A DNA stretch of 64,000 bases. It comes from Thermoanaerobaculia bacterium (GTDB taxonomy: Bacteria; Acidobacteriota; Thermoanaerobaculia; Multivoradales; UBA5704). The stretch covers positions 188 to 64,187 of the forward strand of contig DATLNC010000183.1 in assembly GCA_035536935.1 (NCBI GenBank), given 5' to 3'. Under the pieces are notes generated by a model that did no database searches, was not told the origin of the DNA, and saw only the letters and a program-made list of their open reading frames with translations. Shown here piece after piece: positions 42,927 to 51,372 of this stretch; position 1 is the first letter of the stretch; each line of letters starts with the position of its first letter. The position numbers and the translations under genes were made by a program.

Positions 42927-43676
42927 TTAAGGTACCACAACCACCGGATAAGACACGGTCTCCAGAATCAGGCCATGGGCCGGTGCGGTGGGTCCGGCCG
43001 CAGAGCGGGGCCGGCCGGAGAGGAGGTCGGCAAGCTCTTCCGGATCACGCCGGCCGAGGCCTACCTCGATCAACGTTCCCACGAGAGCACGAACCATGCC
43101 GCGCAGGAACCCGTCCCCCGTGATCGTAAAGCGCAACTCGTCTCCCTGTTCCAGCCAGCCGGCGGCGAAGACGCGGCGGAACGGCTGGCCGTGGCTCCCT
43201 CCGGCCAGGGCGAACGCCGAGAAGTCGTGCCTTCCGGGGAGAAAAGAGGCCGCCGACTGCATCCGGATCAGGTCGATCTTCGCCGGCACCTGGACCGCGA
43301 ACGGCGCATCCAGAGGGGAGAGCACCTCGGCGCGGCTCAGCCGGTAGCTGTACTCCTTGCCGACCGCGCTCTTGCGGGCATGGAAGTCCTCGTCCACCAG
43401 CCCGGCGGCCATCACCCGGACGTCCCCGGGCAGGTGCCGGTTGACCCCATGGACCAGGGCCCGGTGAGGGAGCGGCCGGGGGAGGTCCAGGTGGGCGACC
43501 TGCCCCCGCGCATGGACCCCGGCGTCGGTGCGGCTCGCCCCGGTTACCCGGATGGGGGAGTCCACCAATTTCGCGAGGGCTTCCTCCACGATCTCCTGCA
43601 CGGTCAGGGCGTTGTCCTGGCGTTGCCAGCCGGCGTAGCGCTCGCCCCGGTAAGAGATGGTCAGGCGGGCTCTCAT
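42927..43676 (-). CDS. truA: tRNA pseudouridine(38-40) synthase
   Basis: MRARLTISYRGERYAGWQRQ, GASRTDAGVHA. ATGA overlap with the upstream gene. Confidence 0.93.
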   Translation of the reverse strand: MRARLTISYRGERYAGWQRQDNALTVQEIVEEALAKLVDSPIRVTGASRTDAGVHARGQVAHLDLPRPLPHRALVHGVNRHLPGDVRVMAAGLVDEDFHARKSAVGKEYSYRLSRAEVLSPLDAPFAVQVPAKIDLIRMQSAASFLPGRHDFSAFALAGGSHGQPFRRVFAAGWLEQGDELRFTITGDGFLRGMVRALVGTLIEVGLGRRDPEELADLLSGRPRSAAGPTAPAHGLILETVSYPVVVVP

Positions 43677-45019
43677 GACTTGATCATCAGCAACCCGAAC
43701 GGCACCCAGATCGCCAGAAACACCCCGGGCCAGAGCGGAGTCAGGTACGACAGCAGGATCAACCCCGAAAGCACCAGCCATGCCCGCTGCCGGAGGAGCG
43801 CCGCCCAGGGAAGCACCCAGAGTAGATACCAGGGGTACACCGTCGCCGAAAGGAGCAGGAGAGTGCCAAAAAGGCGTCCTGTCCCGACAATTGGGTCGGT
43901 CTCCCGAAGCGAGCGCAGGACCGCCACCGTCATTCCAAGGGCGAGAAGGAGCTTGGCCAGGAGCTGGGGATAGAGGTAGGGATACACCCAATCCCAGGCG
44001 TACCACATCTCTGTCCGGCGCTCCAGAGCCTCCAGTCCCCGGGCGATCGCCGGGGCAAGCCCGGCGGTATCCATCAGGCGCCAGAGCGGCTCGTAGACCG
44101 GACCGTTGAACTCCCAGGAGATCCCGTAGGTAAGGAGGCCGGGCGGAATCCCCCCGGTCGCGGATACGACCGGAAGAGCTGCCGCCGCGATCAAGACGGC
44201 CGCCGTTCCCAGGAGCCGGACACCGCTCTGGCGCGTCCACATGGGCAGGGCCGCGACCGGGAGAATCTTGGCGAGGGCTCCGGCCGCTGCCCAGATCCCT
44301 GAAACGACCTCCCTCCCCCGGGTCAGGGCGAGCACCGCTCCCACCGTCGCCGCCACCCCCAGGGCGTCGACATGCCCCATGCCCGAAACTTCCAGGAGGA
44401 CGAGCGGGTTCCAGGCATACCAGGCGATCCTCCCCTCGGGGAGACCCCGCTGACGGGCGAGCCGGAGGAGCAACGCGCAGGTCCCCAGGTCGGCGGCGGT
44501 GGCCAGGAGCTTCCATCCCAGGAGAGGAAACGGGAGCCGGCTGGCTATACTGAACAGCGTTATCGATAGCGGCGGGTACACCGTCGGGATCTCGGTATGG
44601 GGCAGGCGCTGCCACACCTCGTCGCGAAAAGGGATAAGCTCAGGGGCCGCCGGCGGCAGGGCGTAGGGATTCAGGCCGGCCAGGGCGACCTTCCCGTCCC
44701 AGAGATAGCGCAGCGCGTCGTCCGACAGCGTGAGCGGCAAAAGCAGCAGCGGCAGTCTGAGCAGCAAGGACCCGAGGAGAATCGCCCTGCCGGGGAGCGC
44801 GGCCGTTTCGAGTCGGCCGGATATGAAGGCGAGCCAGAGGAAGCCCGAGCCGAGAAGAATGAGAGTGAGCGGAAGCCGATGAGAGAGATCCGAGAGCAAC
44901 GCCAGGCCTACGGTTGTCCCCATCAGAGGGCCCACCAGCGGGAGCGCCAGCGCCAGGACGGCTTGGCGAGAGAAGGCTTGCCGGGATGAGCTTTCCGGGT
45001 GCAGCGATCCTGCTGACAA
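43673..45019 (-). CDS. GT-C-fold polytopic membrane glycosyltransferase (DUF2029/mannosyltransferase-like)
   Basis: More than 10 TM segments. Loop motif LSDDALRYLWDGKVALAGLNPY. The start may be ATG 44923, which would avoid overlap with the divergent gene. Confidence 0.7.
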   Translation of the reverse strand: MSAGSLHPESSSRQAFSRQAVLALALPLVGPLMGTTVGLALLSDLSHRLPLTLILLGSGFLWLAFISGRLETAALPGRAILLGSLLLRLPLLLLPLTLSDDALRYLWDGKVALAGLNPYALPPAAPELIPFRDEVWQRLPHTEIPTVYPPLSITLFSIASRLPFPLLGWKLLATAADLGTCALLLRLARQRGLPEGRIAWYAWNPLVLLEVSGMGHVDALGVAATVGAVLALTRGREVVSGIWAAAGALAKILPVAALPMWTRQSGVRLLGTAAVLIAAAALPVVSATGGIPPGLLTYGISWEFNGPVYEPLWRLMDTAGLAPAIARGLEALERRTEMWYAWDWVYPYLYPQLLAKLLLALGMTVAVLRSLRETDPIVGTGRLFGTLLLLSATVYPWYLLWVLPWAALLRQRAWLVLSGLILLSYLTPLWPGVFLAIWVPFGLLMIKS

Positions 45020-46467
45020 TCTATTACCTCGTTCTGGGAGTCCTCGCCTTCTACGGCCTGCACCGCCTGGCTCTGGTGATGGTGTATCTGAGGACGCGCC
45101 GGCGCATTCCGCCTCGCCCTGCCGATCCTCCGGAGTGGCCCGTGGTCACGGTGCAGCTCCCACTCTACAACGAGATGTACGTGGCCCAGCGGCTCATCGA
45201 AGCCGTCTGCCGGCTCGACTATCCGCGCGACCGGCTGGAGATCCAGGTCCTCGACGACTCGACCGACGAGACGACCGGCATCGTGGCCCGGGTGGTGGAA
45301 GAGCAGCGCCGCCTCGGGATCGACGTCCATCACCTCCACCGGACCGACCGCCGCGGCTTCAAGGCCGGAGCGCTGGAAGCCGGCCTCGAGCGGGCCCGGG
45401 GTGAGCTGATCGCCATCTTCGACGCCGACTTCGTGCCGCAATCCGAGTTTCTCCGGCAGGCGGTGCCGCACTTCTCCGATCCGGGGCTGGGGATGGTCCA
45501 GGGGAGCTGGGCGCACATCAACCGGGGTTATTCGCTGCTCACCCGCGCCCAGGCGATCCTCCTCGACGGCCACTTCCTGATCGAGCACACGGCGCGCAAC
45601 CGGGGCGGCTGCTTCTTCAACTTCAACGGCACGGCCGGGGTCTGGAGGCGGGAGGCCATCCTCCTGCCGGGCGGCTGGCAGCACGACACTTTGACCGAAG
45701 ATCTCGACCTTTCCTACCGGGCGCAGCTCGCGGGCTGGAAGTTCCTCTACCTGCCGGACCTGGCCGTCCCCTCCGAGCTGCCGGTGGACATCAACGGCTT
45801 CAAGGGGCAGCAGTACCGCTGGACCAAGGGCTCGGTCCAGACCGGCCGCAAGCTCCTGGGCCGGATCCTGCGCGCGCCGCTTCCCTGGAAAGTGAAGTTC
45901 GAGGCCTTCGTCCACCTGACCAACAACACCAGCTACGCGCTGATGGTGGTCATGGCGCTCCTGATCTTCCCGGCCATGCTCATCCGCGCCGATTCCTCTT
46001 GGTGGGACATGCTGATCATCGATCTGCCTCTCTTCCTGGCGGCGACGGTCTCGGTGCTGATCTTCTACATGGCGAGCCAGTCCGCGGCGGGCCTCGGCTG
46101 GAAGGCGCAGGTGCGCTACCTGCCGGCGGTGATGGGGCTGGGGATCGGGCTGTCGGTGAACAATGCGCGGGCGGTGCTCTCCGGGCTGTTCCAGCGCGGC
46201 GGCACCTTCCATCGCACACCCAAGTACCGGATCGAGCACCAGGGCGAGGACTGGCTCAAGAAGCGCTACCGCTCGGGCCGCAACGTCTCGCTCTGGATCG
46301 AGCTGCTGATGGCCCTGTACTTCCTCTCCTGCTTCATCTACGCGGTGGTCCACAGGATGTGGATCTCCCTGCCCTTCCTCCTCCTCTTCGTCCAAGGCTA
46401 CACATACATGACCGTCCTCGCGCTTCTGCCCGCGTTTCGGGACCGCGAGTCGCGCCCGGCCGCCTGA
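44986..46467 (+). CDS. Family-2 processive-type glycosyltransferase (QxxRW)
   Basis: VTVQLPLYNE, VLDDSTD, FDADF, TEDLDLS, GQQYRWTKG. TM helices flank the catalytic domain. Confidence 0.85.
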   Translation: MSFPGAAILLTIYYLVLGVLAFYGLHRLALVMVYLRTRRRIPPRPADPPEWPVVTVQLPLYNEMYVAQRLIEAVCRLDYPRDRLEIQVLDDSTDETTGIVARVVEEQRRLGIDVHHLHRTDRRGFKAGALEAGLERARGELIAIFDADFVPQSEFLRQAVPHFSDPGLGMVQGSWAHINRGYSLLTRAQAILLDGHFLIEHTARNRGGCFFNFNGTAGVWRREAILLPGGWQHDTLTEDLDLSYRAQLAGWKFLYLPDLAVPSELPVDINGFKGQQYRWTKGSVQTGRKLLGRILRAPLPWKVKFEAFVHLTNNTSYALMVVMALLIFPAMLIRADSSWWDMLIIDLPLFLAATVSVLIFYMASQSAAGLGWKAQVRYLPAVMGLGIGLSVNNARAVLSGLFQRGGTFHRTPKYRIEHQGEDWLKKRYRSGRNVSLWIELLMALYFLSCFIYAVVHRMWISLPFLLLFVQGYTYMTVLALLPAFRDRESRPAA

Positions 46468-46545
46468 CGGGCGTACCCCTTGCAGCTTTTGCGGGAACCG
46501 GAAGCCTCCGGGTACCGTCCAAGGGTGAGGGGCTAAAATAGTCGT

Positions 46546-47112
46546 ATGGCCTTCATGGAGCGCATCACACCCCAGGAAGTGACCTTGCGGCCCGCGGTGC
46601 CGCGGGATGCAGACCTGCTGCGCCAATGGCGGGCGGAGCCCAGCGTCCGGCGTTATCAGCCGCTGAACGAGCTGCCGACGGCGCAGCTCCGGGCGGACGT
46701 GGCGAGCCAGCGGATGCCCGACCTCTACCGGGGCCGGGGAGAGAAGTTCCAGTGGATCGTGCAGGTGGACGGCGAGGCGGCCGGCTGGATCACGCTGGTG
46801 GTGAGCAATTGGGAGCACGGCCTGGCCGAGGTCGGCTACGCGCTCACCACCGCCTTCCAAGGGTTGGGAGTGATGACCGACGCCCTGCAGGTGCTCCTCG
46901 ACGACCTTTTCCTGAACACCCTCCTCGAAAGAGTCGAGGCCCGCTGTGCGACCGAGAACGTGGGCTCGCAGCGGGTCCTGGAGAAGAACGGCTTCCAGCG
47001 CGAAGGCCACCTCAAGGGCTACTTCAAGCTCCGCGGGCGGAGAGTGGACAACTACCTCTTCGGCCTGCTTCGAGACGACTACCTCGCCCGACGCCGGGGG
47101 CCGGGGCGGTAG
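46546..47112 (+). CDS. GNAT N-acetyltransferase (RimJ/RimL-like)
   Basis: LRPAVPRDADLL..., VGYALTTAFQGLGVMTDA, NVGSQRVLEKNGFQREG. Confidence 0.85.
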   Translation: MAFMERITPQEVTLRPAVPRDADLLRQWRAEPSVRRYQPLNELPTAQLRADVASQRMPDLYRGRGEKFQWIVQVDGEAAGWITLVVSNWEHGLAEVGYALTTAFQGLGVMTDALQVLLDDLFLNTLLERVEARCATENVGSQRVLEKNGFQREGHLKGYFKLRGRRVDNYLFGLLRDDYLARRRGPGR

Positions 47113-47164
47113 ATGTGCCTCTATCCGCGACGCCTGATATCCTGAGCTGGAATCGAGTTAGGAC

Positions 47165-47782
47165 ATGAGCACCCGGCCCGCTATTGCCAACGCCCCTGAG
47201 TACGAGCCCTCGACGATTGAGGAGTTCCTCGCCTGGGAGGATGACAGATGGGCGGAGTGGGTGGACGGGAAAGTCATCCGAATGGCGGCAGTCACCTACG
47301 GACATCAGGAGATCGTCGGCTTTCTTTGGGGACTTCTGAGCCTCTACATCGAAGCGCACGACCTGGGCTGGATCACGGCGGCCCCGTACGCGATGCATCT
47401 GCCCAGTCGCCAGAGGGTGAGGGAGCCGGATCTGCTTTTCGTATCGCGCGAGCACCTGGCTCTTCGCAGGGACCTCTACCTGGACGGCGCCGCGGATCTC
47501 GTGGTCGAGGTCGTCTCGCTTGACAGCCGCAGGCGGGACCGGGTCGAGAAGGTCATCGACTATGAGACGGAGGGCGTCCGGGAGTACTGGCTGATCGACC
47601 CTCGCCGCAGGCAGGTGGAGCTTCGGCGCTTGGGCGAGGATGGCCGCTACAGCCTGGTCGAGCCCGAGGAGGGGATTTTCACCTCCTCGGCCATCCCGGG
47701 ATTCCGGCTCCGCATCGACTGGCTCTGGCAGCAACCCAAGCCGAAGCTCCTCGACGCCGCCCGCGAGCTGGGCCTCTTCTGA
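47165..47782 (+). CDS. Uma2-family (DUF820) PD-(D/E)xK endonuclease-like protein
   Basis: EWVDGKVIRM, EPDLLFV, ADLVVEVVS, YETEGVREYWLIDP. Confidence 0.85.
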   Translation: MSTRPAIANAPEYEPSTIEEFLAWEDDRWAEWVDGKVIRMAAVTYGHQEIVGFLWGLLSLYIEAHDLGWITAAPYAMHLPSRQRVREPDLLFVSREHLALRRDLYLDGAADLVVEVVSLDSRRRDRVEKVIDYETEGVREYWLIDPRRRQVELRRLGEDGRYSLVEPEEGIFTSSAIPGFRLRIDWLWQQPKPKLLDAARELGLF

Positions 47783-47800
47783 GAGGGTGTTTCTGCCGCC

Positions 47801-48170
47801 GGGCCGATTTGAGGGGCTTAGACTCGATCCAAGAAGCCTAGACCGGGTTCAAGGAGCTTGGATCCGTCCGAAGAAGCTCCGGGCCGATTTAAGCGGCTTG
47901 AATCGGATCTAAGAGGCTTAGAGCCCGATTCAAGCGGCTCCGACCGGATTTAAGAAGCTTAAATCGGATCTAAGAGGCTTGTGTCCGTCCCAAGAGGCTC
48001 AGATCCGATCTAAGAAGCTTCGAGCCGGATTCAAGGAGCTTAGATCCCATCCAAGAAGCTCAGACCGGAATTAAGAGGCTTGGATCCGATCTGAGAAGCT
48101 TCGAGCCGATCCACGGATTTTGGGACGGTTTCAAGGAACGTGGGGCCGGTCCAAGCGGCTTACAGCGCCT
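47801..48170. repeat. Family-B phased array (about 18 units of 20 nt, AAGAAGCTT + RGATCNGATCY)
   Basis: AAG unit starts at 47831, 47851, 47871, 47891, 47911, 47932, 47952, 47972, 47992, 48012, 48033, 48053, 48073 and 48093, continuing to about 48153. Confidence 0.93.
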
Positions 48171-48286
48171 GAATCATCTCCGCGATGCCAGCGCGGATCA
48201 GGGCAACGGAAATCGCGGCGAGGAACAGGCTCGACACCTTTCCGACCGTCCGGCAGGGAGGAGATGAGCTGGTTGCTTTCTTCCCC

Positions 48287-50599
48287 CTACAGCATCTCCA
48301 GGTTCGCGAACTTCGCCACCAGCTTCCTCTTCCCCGCCTTCTCGAAGAAGACGGTGAGCCTCATCTCTTCCCCCTGACCCTCCATCTCCAGGACGACTCC
48401 GGCGCCGAGGGTGGGGTGGCGCACCCGGCTGCCGCGCTTGATCGGACGCCGGGGGACGGCGCTCTCGTCCGGCTCGGGGACCACCACGCGGCCAGTTGGA
48501 CGCGGAGTGTACGGAGAGGGAACCGAGGGACGGGGGGCGGGCTGGAAAGAAGATGAGCGCGCCGGAGGAGCCGCCTGCGGGGGCGCGGCCTGGCCGAAGA
48601 AGGAGTAGATTCCCTGGGCGCGCTCGGTCACCCGGCCCGACAGGTAGAGGTCGGGGCTGTGGTGGACGTCGACGAGCTGGTCCGGCAGCTCTTGAAGGAA
48701 CGGCGACTCCATCTGGTCCTGATAGCGGCCGGCGATGCGGCGCCTCCGGCAGCAGGTCAGGTACAGCTTTTCCCGCGCCCGGGTCATCCCGACGTAGAGC
48801 AGGCGGCGCTCCTCCTCGATGTCGTCCCTCGCGCCCTGGGAGTTGAAGTGCGGAAGGAGCCCTTCCTCGAGACCTGCCACCACCACCGCCTTGAACTCCA
48901 GACCCTTGGCGCTGTGCAGGGTCATCAGCGAGACCCCCTTTTCCACTTGGAGTGAGTCGAGGTCCGTCACCAGGGCAATGTGGTCGAGGAAGGCGGTCAG
49001 GAGATCCTCGTCGCCCTGGTTGTAGCTGCTCGCCTCGGTGAACTCCTGGGCGGCGGAGAGGAACTCCTGGATGTTCTCCAGCCGGGCGACGTCGTCCGGA
49101 TCATCCTGGTTGTAGAGCTTGGCGTAGCCGGTGTCGTCGAGCAGCCGGTCGAGCAGGGCGGGCAGCGGCAGACCCTGGGACGCCTCCTGAAGGCCCACGA
49201 TCAGGTCGCGGAACTTGCGCAGGGCCGTGGCGCTGCGGGCAGGGAGCGTGCCCAGGTCGTCGAGATAGAGAACGTCCCAGATCGGCTGGCCGAGCTGGAC
49301 CGCCCGGTCGCGCAGCAGCTCCAGGGTGGACTTGCCGATGCTCCTCGGCGGCTGGTTGATGATCCGGCCCAGGGAGAAGTTGTCCCGCGGGTTGCGCAGG
49401 ACCCGCAGATAGGCGACCAGGTCCTTGATCTCGGCCCGGTCGTAGAAGCGGACGCCGCCGACCAGCGAGTAGGGGATCTCGCGCTTGAGCAGCTCGTCTT
49501 CGATCGCCCGGGTCTGGGCGTTGGTGCGCACCAGAACCGCGAGGTCCCCGAGCTTGTACTGGTGGCGGAGCTTCTGGATGCGGTCCACGATCCAGTTGGC
49601 CTCGTCGCCCTCGTCCGTGGCCTTGTAGAGCTCGGCCTTGGGGCCGGCGCCGTGCTCGGTCCACAGGCGCTTGCCCCGGCGGTGGACGTTGTTGGCGATG
49701 AGGGCGCCGGAGACGTCTAGGATGGTCTGGGTGGAGCGGTAGTTGCGCTCCAGCTTGCGCACCTCGGCGCCGGGGAAGGTCTTCTCGAAGTCGAGGATGT
49801 TGTCGAGGTCCGCGCCGCGCCAGCGGTAGATCCCCTGGTCCTCGTCGCCCACGGCCGTGAGGTTGCCTTCGGGGCCGATCAGCTCCTGGATGAGGCGGAG
49901 CTGGGCGTGGTTCGTGTCCTGGTACTCGTCCACGAGGAGATACCGGGTGCGGCGACGGATCCGCTCCTTGACCTCCGGGTCGTGGGAGAGGAGCTTGACC
50001 GATAGTGTCAGGAGGTCGTCGAAGTCCACGCCGGAGGCCTGGCCGAGGAGCCCCTGGTACTTCCGGTAGAGCGAGGCGACCTTCTTCTCGAAGAAATTGG
50101 TGGCGGCCGATTCGTAGGCCGCAGGCTCGATGAGCTTGTTCTTGGCGCCGCTGATCTGCGAGAGGACCGAGCGCGGCGAGAAGGCGGTCTCGGAGAGCCC
50201 CTCGGCCGAGAGCGCCTCCTTGACCAGGCCGAGCTGGTCGGAGGTGTCGAGGATGGCAAAGTCCCGCCGCAGGCCGACCCGCTCGCCATAGCGGCGGAGC
50301 AGGATCAGACCATAGCGGTGGAAGGTGCCCACGGAGGTGGGGAGCGGATGAAGGCCGAGGAGGTCTTCGACCCGCTCGCGCATCTCGGCCGCCGCCTTGT
50401 TGGTGAAGGTCATGGCGGCGATGTGGCCGGGATCGACTCCGCGCTCCTCCACGAGCCAGGCGATGCGGTAGGTAATGACGCGGGTCTTGCCCGATCCGGC
50501 GCCGGCGAGGACGAGCTGAGGGCCGTCGCCATGGGTCACGGCGGCGATCTGCTCGGGGTTGAGCTGCTTCTCGAGGTCCTGGGTGCTGGTCCGTCTCAC
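48287..50599 (-). CDS. pcrA: UvrD/PcrA-type ATP-dependent DNA helicase
   Basis: LNPEQIAAV, AGAGSGKT, LLVDEYQDTN, YRSTQ, MTLHSAKGLEF, YVGMTRA. C-terminal Tudor-like tail. Confidence 0.93.
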   Translation of the reverse strand: MRRTSTQDLEKQLNPEQIAAVTHGDGPQLVLAGAGSGKTRVITYRIAWLVEERGVDPGHIAAMTFTNKAAAEMRERVEDLLGLHPLPTSVGTFHRYGLILLRRYGERVGLRRDFAILDTSDQLGLVKEALSAEGLSETAFSPRSVLSQISGAKNKLIEPAAYESAATNFFEKKVASLYRKYQGLLGQASGVDFDDLLTLSVKLLSHDPEVKERIRRRTRYLLVDEYQDTNHAQLRLIQELIGPEGNLTAVGDEDQGIYRWRGADLDNILDFEKTFPGAEVRKLERNYRSTQTILDVSGALIANNVHRRGKRLWTEHGAGPKAELYKATDEGDEANWIVDRIQKLRHQYKLGDLAVLVRTNAQTRAIEDELLKREIPYSLVGGVRFYDRAEIKDLVAYLRVLRNPRDNFSLGRIINQPPRSIGKSTLELLRDRAVQLGQPIWDVLYLDDLGTLPARSATALRKFRDLIVGLQEASQGLPLPALLDRLLDDTGYAKLYNQDDPDDVARLENIQEFLSAAQEFTEASSYNQGDEDLLTAFLDHIALVTDLDSLQVEKGVSLMTLHSAKGLEFKAVVVAGLEEGLLPHFNSQGARDDIEEERRLLYVGMTRAREKLYLTCCRRRRIAGRYQDQMESPFLQELPDQLVDVHHSPDLYLSGRVTERAQGIYSFFGQAAPPQAAPPARSSSFQPAPRPSVPSPYTPRPTGRVVVPEPDESAVPRRPIKRGSRVRHPTLGAGVVLEMEGQGEEMRLTVFFEKAGKRKLVAKFANLEML

Positions 50600-50692
50600 G
50601 GGGGGAGTTTCTACGACGGGCGAGCGGATGGCAAGGGCGCTCCGTCTTCGGATATATTTCCCGTCTTATCGGGACTGAAGCCGGAGGGCGGC

Positions 50693-50938
50693 ATGGGATC
50701 AAGGCACCCCTGGGAGATCACCCTGTGGGAGTTCGTGGAGAAGGTGCGGCGGGATTACGGGATCCAGATCGATCTGGCGGACTTCGATCGGATCACCGTC
50801 TTCGAGAGGGCGGGGCGACGCTATGTCCTATTCATTCGCGATCCGGACGAAATCCTTGAGCTGACCGTCCTCCGGAATCTCTGCTGGCTCTACCATCTGC
50901 CTGCTTTGGATTTCCATCTCGACCCGGAGGAAGATTAA
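50693..50938 (+). CDS. Hypothetical 81-aa protein
   Basis: GGAGGG RBS before ATG 50693. Lower GC than the surroundings. No family recognised. Confidence 0.45.
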   Translation: MGSRHPWEITLWEFVEKVRRDYGIQIDLADFDRITVFERAGRRYVLFIRDPDEILELTVLRNLCWLYHLPALDFHLDPEED

Positions 50939-51231
50939 GCAGCGACTCGGAGCTCGACATCCGGTTCCGAGTCGGGAGCGTCGGGTGTCTGCGAAATGGG
51001 TGTGGCGAGCTCGAACATCTCCCAGTAGCGACGAGGGGCGGGCGTGTACCCAAAGAAGGGCTCGTCACCGGCTTCAAGAGCGAGGCGGATCATCCAGGTC
51101 AGACATTTGGTCAGCTCATGAGGCATATCTTCCAGTCGCCGGGTCTGGATGGCGTACCGGTACTCCAGGCACTGAGCCACCCAGTGCTCCCCCTCCTTGA
51201 ACACCACCGCCCGAATCCTGTACTCCGGCAT
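50935..51231 (-). CDS. Hypothetical 98-aa protein (HicB-antitoxin-like N-terminal fold suspected)
   Basis: GGGAGGA RBS before ATG 51229-51231. MPEYRIRAVVFKEGEHWVAQCLEY resembles the HicB-type beta-strand start. The 3' end overlaps the convergent ORF by 4 nt. Confidence 0.5.
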   Translation of the reverse strand: MPEYRIRAVVFKEGEHWVAQCLEYRYAIQTRRLEDMPHELTKCLTWMIRLALEAGDEPFFGYTPAPRRYWEMFELATPISQTPDAPDSEPDVELRVAA

Positions 51232-51372
51232 GTCTATCCTCCCTCGGTCGCTTCCCAAAACGATTCTACTCCCTTCGCCGCGACTCCGGAATCCCCGGGC
51301 TCCTTCCCGGGTTTTGAGAGGCGCGGCGCTCCGCGCGTACGTATATAAATAGTCAGGGGGATTCCAAGAGCC

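Noticed and set aside
47165-50599. Uma2 endonuclease plus UvrD-like helicase as a defence or mobile island.
   Set aside because: The helicase has the full housekeeping PcrA/UvrD motif set and tail. The two genes are convergent and separated by the repeat array. No integrase, methylase or other defence-type neighbours are present.
50693-51231. Calling the two small genes a type II toxin-antitoxin operon.
   Set aside because: They are convergent, not co-transcribed. Only a weak HicB-like resemblance exists for one of them, and no toxin family was recognised.
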